From a virus (lineage: Duplodnaviria > Heunggongvirae > Uroviricota > Caudoviricetes), in IMG/VR virus record IMGVR_UViG_3300027628_000007: a stretch of DNA of 64,000 nt. One strand, given 5' to 3'. A program made the position numbers and the translations under genes. Numbering within the stretch: position 1 is the stretch's first letter; each line of letters starts with the position of its first letter. Under the pieces are notes generated by a model, which was given only the letters and a program-made list of their open reading frames with translations, ran no database searches and was not told where the DNA came from. This document shows positions 10,084-18,427 of this stretch, one piece after another.

Positions 10084-10171
10084 ATGTAATCTCTCCCTTT
10101 CGCCTTATACTATAATGTATGCGGTTATATCATTATTATTACCTTTTGTGGAAGATTTTACACACTTATTT

Positions 10172-10324
10172 TTAGAATAGTTTTTCAACTACCATTAATA
10201 GAACAAATGTGATTGGGGCTAAGATAACTAACCTTCTGCCATGCTCCACACGATTTGCAATCGTTACTGCTCCAAATATAATAGCCATGAAAACAAAGAA
10301 CTTAATGAATCCTAATGCGAACAT
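10172..10324 (-). CDS. Small two-TM membrane protein
   Basis: Start refined: the track ORF's N-terminal part runs through a promoter; RBS precedes ATG 10324. Confidence 0.6.
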   Translation of the reverse strand: MFALGFIKFFVFMAIIFGAVTIANRVEHGRRLVILAPITFVLLMVVEKLF

Positions 10325-10355
10325 ATTCAACATCTCCCTTTGATTTGATAATTTT

Positions 10356-10388
10356 ATTATAAATGAAGTTCTATCTCCTGTCAACAGA
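10356..10388 (-). promoter_or_regulatory. Class A promoter
   Basis: TCTG-TTGACA-17-TATAAT. Confidence 0.8.
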
Positions 10389-10413
10389 TAATATAATAAA
10401 AAGGAGATGGTAA

Positions 10414-11577
10414 TCATCTCCTTTTTTCACGTGCCACTTTGAAGCCTTCATTCATACGTTTTCTGTCATGACCCCAAGGTTGGAAGAAGTGCTTCTTGTT
10501 CTTCTTCTGGTCTATAAGCTCCTGCATTGACTTTGGTCTTGTATTTTTCGACTCTAAGTCTCCATAATTAAAGCAGTTGCGTAAACCCCTACCTGCAAAT
10601 CCACGACCACCAAAACAATTAATTATGTGACCTTTACCCATCATCATTCCACCTTGCATACCAACAATATTAAAACCAATATCTCTATGCTTATTGTCAT
10701 CTGCAATACGTTTTATTTGCTTTACATAATCTACCCATGACTGCTTATGAGAAACTTTATCAAATTCCATGTCAAATATGATGCGTCTATGCATTTGTGG
10801 TTTCGGTCTTTCCTTTTGAATCTTAGCTTTCAATATCATTTCGCCAAGTTCAGCAGGGTTATGTATAGCTTCAATTTGCTCTTCTAGGTCTTTCTTCGCT
10901 TCTTCTTCTTTATCTGCTGTTATGTATTTCTCTGTACGCTCACAAACCCAACCAATAGCGTTCTGGATTGCATCAACATCATCTTCTAAAGAGTTTGTGT
11001 TTTTAATATATTTCATCATTTGTGGGCTATACTTCTCAAAGAATCCAACATCCACTAGTACAGGCATACCAGTTTTAGAATCAATCATTACATTCTTAGA
11101 ATGCATATCATTTGGCTCAAATCCTGCCATTGCAATGTCTCTTAGCATTTGTTTGAATGCTACATTGAATCTAGGGTTAATAAATGCACTTTTACCGCTT
11201 CTTCTCTTATTTACAAACTCATCCACTGTTATCCCACGTACTCGACTAACAATCATAAAGTCACTGCCGTATGTAGCATATAGGCGTGGGACGAAATCAA
11301 ATTGTTGAAGCTCTTTTAAAGTTTGAGCATCTTCTGGCTCATCTCCCTTGTGCCAATGTACATGTCTACGAGAATATTTAATTGCATAGTCTTTATAGCC
11401 GTATACTGTGCCATACTGCCCACGCCCTAATTCTTTTAAGTCTTCATCCATAGATTCTGAACCGTTTTCCATCAACGATACTAAATATTCTAATTCATGT
11501 TGGGGGATACCATCATTATAAATTTTAGCTCCTTTAAACTCTCGTACAGTTTCAACGCAAGATAATACTGCTGTCAT
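10414..11577 (-). CDS. Ser/Thr protein kinase-like protein
   Basis: LGRGQYGTVY Gly loop, AIK lysine, DMHSKN catalytic loop, DVG. Confidence 0.85.
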   Translation of the reverse strand: MTAVLSCVETVREFKGAKIYNDGIPQHELEYLVSLMENGSESMDEDLKELGRGQYGTVYGYKDYAIKYSRRHVHWHKGDEPEDAQTLKELQQFDFVPRLYATYGSDFMIVSRVRGITVDEFVNKRRSGKSAFINPRFNVAFKQMLRDIAMAGFEPNDMHSKNVMIDSKTGMPVLVDVGFFEKYSPQMMKYIKNTNSLEDDVDAIQNAIGWVCERTEKYITADKEEEAKKDLEEQIEAIHNPAELGEMILKAKIQKERPKPQMHRRIIFDMEFDKVSHKQSWVDYVKQIKRIADDNKHRDIGFNIVGMQGGMMMGKGHIINCFGGRGFAGRGLRNCFNYGDLESKNTRPKSMQELIDQKKNKKHFFQPWGHDRKRMNEGFKVAREKRR

Positions 11578-11650
11578 AGATAATCTCTCCTTTTTTAATA
11601 GTGTTTGGGTATCTATGTTGTAATTCGTGTGTGTTTTAGTTCTTGTCTAT

Positions 11651-11683
11651 AATATACTATTCTATTTTTCTGTTGTCAACAGA
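11651..11683 (-). promoter_or_regulatory. Class A promoter of the kinase gene
   Basis: TCTG-TTGACA-ACAGA, 17-TATATT. Confidence 0.75.
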
Positions 11684-12026
11684 TTATATAATTATTTTTT
11701 GCTTTTATTTTAAATAGGGGTAATAAAATTGAAATTTGGCTATAAATATAGATTTGAAGCCGTTTTGTGGCAAGGCAATTGGGCATGGATAATGATAATT
11801 ATGTTTATAGAGGGGATTTGCTTTACATTTGTAGCAAGGCAATTTCTGCATAAAATACGAATTTTATCAATATTTTAGGGGTCTGTTTCTTCCCTCTATA
11901 GACAGTGTTTTAACATTGCTCTTGTTTTGTACCAACGCAAGCGTACATTTAGGAGGGTCTTGTGGCTCAAATTCGCCTAGTTTTACAGGTTTGCAATGCT
12001 TTTGTACCAAGGCAAAGAAAAAGAGC

Positions 12027-12419
12027 CTAAATCGGCTCTACTGCTCTCCCCATCAACATATCCATCATCACTTCGAATGTCCACGCATCGCTATACTTTA
12101 TATCCAGTTCCGCTTGCGTTAACAGGTCGTCAATGTTGACTTCTAAGTCCATTATTCCATCCTGCTTGTGCTTATATATTGTTATGATTGGCTTTTTGTT
12201 CTCGTAAACTATCACCACCACATCATCATTAGTATATGTTTCGCCATTAATTTCTATTTCATCTTGCAATCGTGTTACTTCATATCCTTCCATCTCTCTA
12301 ATCTTCATTACTGTGTCATTATATAATCCATATCGACCTTTGTTACCTCTTCTAATTGCTTCCTGTAATACAATCACCATACCATTACGAATTGCAACCA
12401 ATTTGTCTCTATTCATCAT
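12027..12419 (-). CDS. Hypothetical protein
   Basis: ORF with RBS. Confidence 0.75.
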   Translation of the reverse strand: MMNRDKLVAIRNGMVIVLQEAIRRGNKGRYGLYNDTVMKIREMEGYEVTRLQDEIEINGETYTNDDVVVIVYENKKPIITIYKHKQDGIMDLEVNIDDLLTQAELDIKYSDAWTFEVMMDMLMGRAVEPI

Positions 12420-12472
12420 TATCTCTCCCTTATATAATTATTATTTGTTTTTATTATGTAAATACAGATAGC

Positions 12473-12799
12473 CTACGATAGACTATCTGCTCCTTTTGGT
12501 ATATCTGCGATGCACTGCAATGTTTGTTCTGGATTCGGTATTGTTTTTAATAATGCATTCTGTATTGTTGTTGTTGATTGACTATATTTACTTACATTTA
12601 CTATATATGTGTAGCTACCATCTCTTTTACGTTTACGTTCTCCCAGACATGTGTTATGATGATACAGTCTGTCACCATCAATGAATAAGTTCTTTGTTCT
12701 CTGTCTGCTCAATCCTGTTACAAATGCGAATACAACATCTACGTTTCTCATGTTTATCACTCCATTTATTTTATTTGTTGATGCTATTGTATTACTCAT
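12473..12799 (-). CDS. Hypothetical phage protein
   Basis: ORF; true start may be the downstream ATG (MRNVD). Confidence 0.7.
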   Translation of the reverse strand: MSNTIASTNKINGVINMRNVDVVFAFVTGLSRQRTKNLFIDGDRLYHHNTCLGERKRKRDGSYTYIVNVSKYSQSTTTIQNALLKTIPNPEQTLQCIADIPKGADSLS

Positions 12800-12819
12800 T
12801 ATAATCTATTGTCAACAGA
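12786..12819 (-). promoter_or_regulatory. Class A promoter (first of the leftward arm)
   Basis: TCTG-TTGACA-18-TACAAT. Confidence 0.65.
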
Positions 12820-12886
12820 TTTATGATAAAAATAAAAAATAATTATTTAAACCATGTTTCTTCCTATATGTATGTTGTGTGCATCG

Positions 12887-13118
12887 CCCACGAATATTTG
12901 AAGTGCCATTATTATACTGCGTTTTGTGAGATTTTTTTGAGTTTTTCTTTTTTCTCGAAAAATCCCACAGGCAAACGCACGCACGCCCCACGCCTGCGAA
13001 TACACATGCGTATGCATACACGCACGCACGCACACGTACACACGTTACCCCACGAATTTCGCACGTGCCGAAATTATATAGCGTTTTCTGGGATTTTTAT
13101 GAGTTTTTCTTTTTTCTC
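12887..13118. repeat. Two 70-bp direct repeats (12887-12956, 13049-13118) flanking an alternating purine-pyrimidine tract (13000-13045)
   Basis: 57/70 identical without gaps by manual alignment. Confidence 0.9.
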
Positions 13119-13286
13119 AGATTTTTTACCAGACTATTTTAAAAACGGAAATCTGAATTTAGGAAGCCCGAATAGCCACACATTTGAATACTACGATATA
13201 TATACTTGAATTACAATAGCTACTAATATTAAATAAGTCACACATATATATATAGTTAGTTATTAAATGTTGGTCGCTACATAAAA

Positions 13287-13610
13287 GTAAGTAACAAATA
13301 ATATGTCATTAAAGAATAAAAAATGCACTGCTGTATAATAGTAAGAAAGACTACTAAAGGTAATCGGTATGACAATTTGTAACTAACTATATAAATGTAA
13401 GTAAACATATTATTCATTAGTTGTTTATTAAATGTAAGTACAGCCACATTATATTAATTGCTAATAATAAGTAAGTAACAATACATAAAGTAAGTAACTA
13501 CAGAAAATATATAAAATAACAAAATATAATAAACTATTATAAATTCACCTGCTAATAAAATATACACATGCTAACATAAAGTAAGTTACAAATTAAATAT
13601 AGTTACTTAC
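13287..13610. repeat. Iteron-like GTAAGT(A/T)AC array in AT-rich DNA
   Basis: Copies at 13287, 13397, 13434, 13471, 13490, 13581 and inverted at 13602. Confidence 0.8.
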
Positions 13611-14198
13611 ATTTGTATAGCAAATAATAAATAATCTATATCGCAATCATACAATATATAATATGTCAAGAAAAACTTGTATTTTGGGCTTGTTTTTCTC
13701 CTAAATATTGGATATACATTTATGCAGTGATATGCATTATTTTTGCATAAAGGTTTAAAACCTCTTTAAACGTTATTATATCAATGGTTTATCATTATTT
13801 TTTACGCTCATTATCTATTTTTAAAAGTACCAAACGTGCATAAATCCAATATAGGTACAAATACCTTAAAAGAGCTTAAAAACGATTCTGGGGCAATCTG
13901 GGGCTTCTAAATAAATATCATAAAAATACAATATAAATCATGGGTTATATTACAAATTTAGCTTGTATTTGAAATATATTTGTAACACTACTGCAATATA
14001 AATATGAAAAGTTGGCACGAAAATTGCTATCTATATAAAGCGGATTTTTGCCCCAAATTCGAACGCAAATTTTCCCTTATAATAGAAGAAACTCGAAATC
14101 ATAAAAAAACGTGTTTTGTAACATAACTGTAATATTCCTGTTATTTGTTTGTAACATAATCCATGATATATTATGTGTGTAGCAAGGGAACAACAAAA

Positions 14199-14212
14199 GA
14201 AACAAACGTTCG
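14199..14212. promoter_or_regulatory. LexA/DinR SOS-box-like site
   Basis: Reverse strand CGAACGTTTGTTTC. Confidence 0.55.
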
Positions 14213-14235
14213 GTTTTCTTATCGAAAACAGGATG

Positions 14236-14264
14236 TTGACAGCAGATTCAAAAGGTGCTAATAT
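14236..14264 (+). promoter_or_regulatory. SigA-type promoter (class A-like)
   Basis: TTGACA-GCAGA..-17-TAATAT. Confidence 0.75.
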
Positions 14265-14302
14265 AAAGGAGTACCAAATAACACAAAAGGAGTTGTCAAT
14301 AA

Positions 14303-14560
14303 ATGACAATTAGAAAATTCATTAAAGTAAATAGTATCGAAATTCAACAGGGACTATGTTCTGTATGTTTCCGAATTGTAAGTGACTTAGATTCAATGCA
14401 TAGCGTTGAAATAACACATGGTAAACTTTACGAACTGTTAGACAGTGCGAACGAAGTTAAAACATGTGAAATGAACGAAAATAACCAAACTAGATTTTGC
14501 AAGTTCCGTCAAGGTATGATTTGGTATACTGCTTACATTAATCAGTATTACAAAAAATAA
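14303..14560 (+). CDS. Hypothetical protein
   Basis: ORF with AAGGAG RBS. Confidence 0.7.
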   Translation: MTIRKFIKVNSIEIQQGLCSVCFRIVSDLDSMHSVEITHGKLYELLDSANEVKTCEMNENNQTRFCKFRQGMIWYTAYINQYYKK

Positions 14561-14578
14561 AAAATAATTTCTTAAAAA

Positions 14579-14608
14579 GAAGGAATTAAAACAAGCGATA
14601 GCGAATAT
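14579..14608 (+). promoter_or_regulatory. SigH-type promoter
   Basis: GAAGGAATT-12-AGCGAATAT. Confidence 0.7.
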
Positions 14609-14662
14609 AATTAAGTATAGAAACAAAAACAAAAAATAATGATATAAAAGGAGCTAACAAAA

Positions 14663-14911
14663 ATGGCTAAATTATTAGGTGAAAAAGCAGTGTTCAACAG
14701 ATTACAAAAGGAGCTTGACAAACGTTTTACAGAGGAACAACAGGAATTTATCGGTTTTGGAAATGATATAGAAGGCGAAAAGAGTCATACATGGGTTTGC
14801 GAACATGAAGGAAAAACCTTCCACCTCATTTGTAACAAGGTAAACGGAAAAGTAGAATATAAGGAGTTCGGAACAACTCGCAAAAATAATAACGTGAATG
14901 TTAACTACTAA
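14663..14911 (+). CDS. Hypothetical protein
   Basis: ORF with RBS. Confidence 0.8.
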   Translation: MAKLLGEKAVFNRLQKELDKRFTEEQQEFIGFGNDIEGEKSHTWVCEHEGKTFHLICNKVNGKVEYKEFGTTRKNNNVNVNY

Positions 14912-14927
14912 TTTTTGAAATGATACT

Positions 14928-14952
14928 CTGCTTACTAAAAGTTAGTAAGCAG
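14928..14952. repeat. Intergenic palindrome family, copy 1
   Basis: CTGCTTACTAA-AAG-TTAGTAAGCAG. Confidence 0.8.
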
Positions 14953-14994
14953 GAATGATTTTAAAAATTATAACACAAAAGGGGAAATGACAAA

Positions 14995-15432
14995 ATGAAA
15001 CAAACAATTACTTTAGGTGAATACAAAGATTTACAAATGGTGCAAAATGAATTACATTCAGCAGAGGATAAAATCGTAAATACTGGATATGGTTTGGATA
15101 TGGTACACAAATTGCAGGAAACTTTTACAGAGGAATTGGAAGAAAATGAAGTAAATGAAATCTTTGAACTATTGCAAGAACATGGAACAGAAACAATTGC
15201 AACTTATACAATTAGTAATAATATGGGATATGAAATCATTTATACAGATGATGAACAGGCAATAATTAAAAAGGAAGACGACTTGTATTTATGTGAAGTG
15301 TTAGGATTTTCGGAAACTGTCGAAGAATTGGAGATAGACGAAGACGACAGGGAAGACATGAACGAAGATACATTCTATATCATTTACGAAAATTCATACA
15401 TTCCATTAGATGAATGTATGAGAACAAACTAA
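14995..15432 (+). CDS. Highly acidic protein (DNA-mimic candidate)
   Basis: About 39 D/E vs 8 K/R by manual count. Confidence 0.75.
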   Translation: MKQTITLGEYKDLQMVQNELHSAEDKIVNTGYGLDMVHKLQETFTEELEENEVNEIFELLQEHGTETIATYTISNNMGYEIIYTDDEQAIIKKEDDLYLCEVLGFSETVEELEIDEDDREDMNEDTFYIIYENSYIPLDECMRTN

Positions 15433-15615
15433 AAGGAGCGGTTAACATGTTAAAATGGTTTGCAAGGCTTTTCAAAAAGGAATCGCATCAAGATGTATAT
15501 ATCAGAAAAATTAATTCGGTTGCACAGTTAGCCGATGAACTAGCTTTAAAAGTTCGCAAATAGTTTCACGTGAAACATAACAAAAAACTAAAAAATGAAA
15601 AGGTGGAAAATTAAA

Positions 15616-16209
15616 ATGACAAACTCAACTAAATTCGAATTATCAAACACAAAAGGCTCTTACTATGTTAGTGATTTACGAAATGAAATGTATGTGTATA
15701 ACAACATTGATGAAAACATTTTCAACATTCAAGGACATGATGAAGGCGTTTCGGTTGACTTTACACAAATGACTCATGAGGAAATTGTGGAATATCTGGA
15801 AAACAATTACAGTGTAGAAATTGAGGATATGGAAGGAAAGGACATCATTGAATTAATCCAAAATATAGCAAATGATACGACAAACAATGTTACAAAAGAG
15901 GTTGCCGAGTATTTACTAGGCTATACGGATAGTAGGGAAGATTTGGAAAGTCATATGAGCGACATATTAAATTATGGATGTGTGAGCGGTTGTGTCAGTC
16001 CTATGATTTATTACAAGGATACTAATGAATTTTTCGATAAGCATTATGAGGAAATACAAGAATTAGCACAAGAAGAAAGACGAATGACAGGTTTTGACAT
16101 CCTTAAACAAATTGCAGAACATGAACAGGATTTAAAGAATTATATGTCATGGTTTGCATGGGAAACTACTGTACGTAACATTGCAAATCAAATTGAATTA
16201 GATATTTAA
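15616..16209 (+). CDS. Acidic phage protein with GCVSG..IYY.DT motif
   Basis: Start refined by RBS. Confidence 0.8.
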   Translation: MTNSTKFELSNTKGSYYVSDLRNEMYVYNNIDENIFNIQGHDEGVSVDFTQMTHEEIVEYLENNYSVEIEDMEGKDIIELIQNIANDTTNNVTKEVAEYLLGYTDSREDLESHMSDILNYGCVSGCVSPMIYYKDTNEFFDKHYEEIQELAQEERRMTGFDILKQIAEHEQDLKNYMSWFAWETTVRNIANQIELDI

Positions 16210-16213
16210 AAAA

Positions 16214-16243
16214 GAAGGAATATAACAGGCACACGTTGAATAT
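16214..16243 (+). promoter_or_regulatory. SigH-type promoter
   Basis: GAAGGAATA-12-GTTGAATAT. Confidence 0.7.
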
Positions 16244-16290
16244 AATATAGTAAGAACAAAAAATAATGATATAAAAAGGAGCGGTTAACA

Positions 16291-16497
16291 ATGGCATATC
16301 CACAAGCTTATGACCCAGTACAAGGACAAAAATTTCAAATTTTGGTAAAAACTCCATATGATAGAGCTTATGAACATTGCGACTATGCAGAGGACAAAGC
16401 GGAATTAAAACACTTATTAGAAAACTATCGCATGTCATATGGTGGCGGTTTCACTTTCAAAACAATTACACTGCCCCAAAAGTATTGGAAGAAATAG
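16291..16497 (+). CDS. Hypothetical protein (YEHCDYA motif)
   Basis: ORF with RBS. Confidence 0.8.
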   Translation: MAYPQAYDPVQGQKFQILVKTPYDRAYEHCDYAEDKAELKHLLENYRMSYGGGFTFKTITLPQKYWKK

Positions 16498-16500
16498 GAT

Positions 16501-16562
16501 TTTTAAAAATGAATCTGCTTACTAGTTACTTACAATTAGTAAGCAGGATTGATTTTTAAAAA
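16501..16562. repeat. Intergenic palindrome family, copy 2
   Basis: About 25-bp arms; GTTACTTACA in the loop. Confidence 0.8.
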
Positions 16563-16613
16563 TTAATAAAATAGTTCTTTTATTAAAATAATTATAAACA
16601 AGGAGTGTTTACA

Positions 16614-16946
16614 ATGTGGAAAAATTTAGAATTATACAGTGATACTTATGTTAAAAATAGTGATAATATGATTTACAAGTTAACTGACTTTAGACAGTTA
16701 CAAGATTCGGAAATAGGCTTTTTGTTCTCTATGGAATTGGTGGCAGGCTATGACTATATCAATCCAGATTACAACAATGTTCAAGGTTATGTATCTAAAG
16801 AAAATTTTGTCGAAGATGTACATTCTTATGATATTACATTCTACCCACTAGCAGAAACATTAAAGGAAGCATTAAGCGACAACGATTTTGAAATTATCAA
16901 TATTAATGATTACACAATACACCAGTTTAAAGGATGTGAAGAATGA
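16614..16946 (+). CDS. Hypothetical acidic protein
   Basis: Start refined by RBS. Confidence 0.75.
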   Translation: MWKNLELYSDTYVKNSDNMIYKLTDFRQLQDSEIGFLFSMELVAGYDYINPDYNNVQGYVSKENFVEDVHSYDITFYPLAETLKEALSDNDFEIININDYTIHQFKGCEE

Positions 16947-17133
16947 TGAAAGGTTTCTATCATTATGACTCACATAAAGGAAAGTATATATGGATTATTG
17001 AATGTATGGGCGTTCAAGTCGATTCTGGGGAATGTGGTACAAAATCCCAAATGACAGAAACTAGAATCAAACATCCTTTAGTTAGTTGGAGCGAATACTA
17101 AATAATAATTATTATAAATAAGGAGTGGTTACA

Positions 17134-17334
17134 ATGAGAATGGATTGGTCAATGTTCCCAATTACAGAAAATGGAATTACAGAGTATTACATGACAAATG
17201 CACCACTAAATATTTTAACTGCCATGTTTTTACAGTCTGAAAATGTAAATGAATTTATTGAAGTATTACAAGAATTGAATTTTGATATTGGAAAATATTT
17301 TCCATCCGTTTCATTAGATTTTGATAGTAAATAA
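17134..17334 (+). CDS. Hypothetical protein
   Basis: Start refined by RBS. Confidence 0.7.
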   Translation: MRMDWSMFPITENGITEYYMTNAPLNILTAMFLQSENVNEFIEVLQELNFDIGKYFPSVSLDFDSK

Positions 17335-17335
17335 C

Positions 17336-17398
17336 TTTTAGTTTGATTCTGCTTATTAAATAGCTACTTACATTTAATAAGCAGTGGTGAAACTAAAA
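17336..17398. repeat. Intergenic palindrome family, copy 3
   Basis: CTGCTTATTAAAT/ATTTAATAAGCAG arms; GCTACTTAC loop. Confidence 0.8.
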
Positions 17399-17711
17399 TT
17401 TAAAAAACACTTGACAAAATGAATTTTATCACCTCATTCTATATGCGAAAAATACAATATCCTCACAGTAAGGTTTTAGCGTCCTACCTAATACACTTAC
17501 AAGGGCATATCCTTAAATCTGCTCACAGGCGATTTTGGAGCGTTTAAAAGGTATGTTGACAAAATCAAAAATCTATGATTCGAAAAATTGGGTCTTGACA
17601 AAATTTATTTTTATGCTTATGCCTAAAATCGTTATTTTTGTTGCATAATCGTTTGACAGAAGATTTACTTCTATGTTAATATATAAGAGTACCAGATAGG
17701 ACAACGAAACA

Positions 17712-17725
17712 AGAACGGCTGTTCG
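17712..17725. promoter_or_regulatory. LexA/DinR SOS-box-like site
   Basis: AGAACGGCTGTTCG, just downstream of a TTGACA-18-TAATAT promoter (17654-17683). Confidence 0.55.
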
Positions 17726-17769
17726 GTTTCTTGTCAAGTAAAATCTTTTTAAAAAACTTTTTATTAAAA

Positions 17770-17798
17770 GAAGGAATATAAAAAGATTTGGCGAATAT
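17770..17798 (+). promoter_or_regulatory. SigH-type promoter
   Basis: GAAGGAATA-11-GGCGAATAT. Confidence 0.7.
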
Positions 17799-17849
17799 AT
17801 ATAAGTATAGAACAAAAACAAAAAATAATGATTTAATGGAGGTTTTAAA

Positions 17850-18188
17850 ATGGAAACTTACAATCAATTACCAAAAGCAATGATGTTATTAAACCAAGGA
17901 TGTGATGAGGACTTTGTAGCAAGCGAAGTTTTAAAAGGCTTGCAAGATGTAAATGTTTATTCTCGTTACGGTATCGCACATAAAATTGTTGATAAGGCTG
18001 TAAAGGAATTAAATGCTCTCTATAATAAGAAATACGAAATTACGTTCTTGTTCGATGGTAAAAAAGAGGTAATACAAGTTGATGCTAGAAATTGTGCCCA
18101 CGCTGATTATTTGGCAGATGAACACGCTATAAAAAATGATTTCCCCACTCATACATGCAGAATCAAACAATTGGAGGTGAACAACTAA
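17850..18188 (+). CDS. Hypothetical protein
   Basis: ORF with GGAGG RBS. Confidence 0.8.
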   Translation: METYNQLPKAMMLLNQGCDEDFVASEVLKGLQDVNVYSRYGIAHKIVDKAVKELNALYNKKYEITFLFDGKKEVIQVDARNCAHADYLADEHAIKNDFPTHTCRIKQLEVNN

Positions 18189-18346
18189 TGAAGTTAAATT
18201 CATATGTTGGTTTGGTTGTGGATAACATGGTAATAACTGGAATAGGTAAATATTACGATTTTTCAACTGATAGAGTAGAACAAAGTTTCGTTATAAATGA
18301 TAGATATGAAATAAATTGTCAACTATTTATAAAATCATATATGTAA
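18188..18346 (+). CDS. Hypothetical protein
   Basis: Coupled start with GGAGG RBS. Confidence 0.65.
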   Translation: MKLNSYVGLVVDNMVITGIGKYYDFSTDRVEQSFVINDRYEINCQLFIKSYM

Positions 18347-18402
18347 TTTTTGGTAAAACCTGCCTACTTACTAAATGTAAGTAGTTGGGATTGTATCAAA
18401 AA
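18346..18402. repeat. Intergenic palindrome family, copy 4 (divergent)
   Basis: CTACTTAC-TAAAT-GTAAGTAG core. Confidence 0.7.
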
Positions 18403-18427
18403 TAAAACATAAAAAGGTGGAATTAAA

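Noticed and set aside
12821-13209. ORFs across the repeat/RY tract
   Set aside because: They are translations of CACG repeats and T runs, with no RBS
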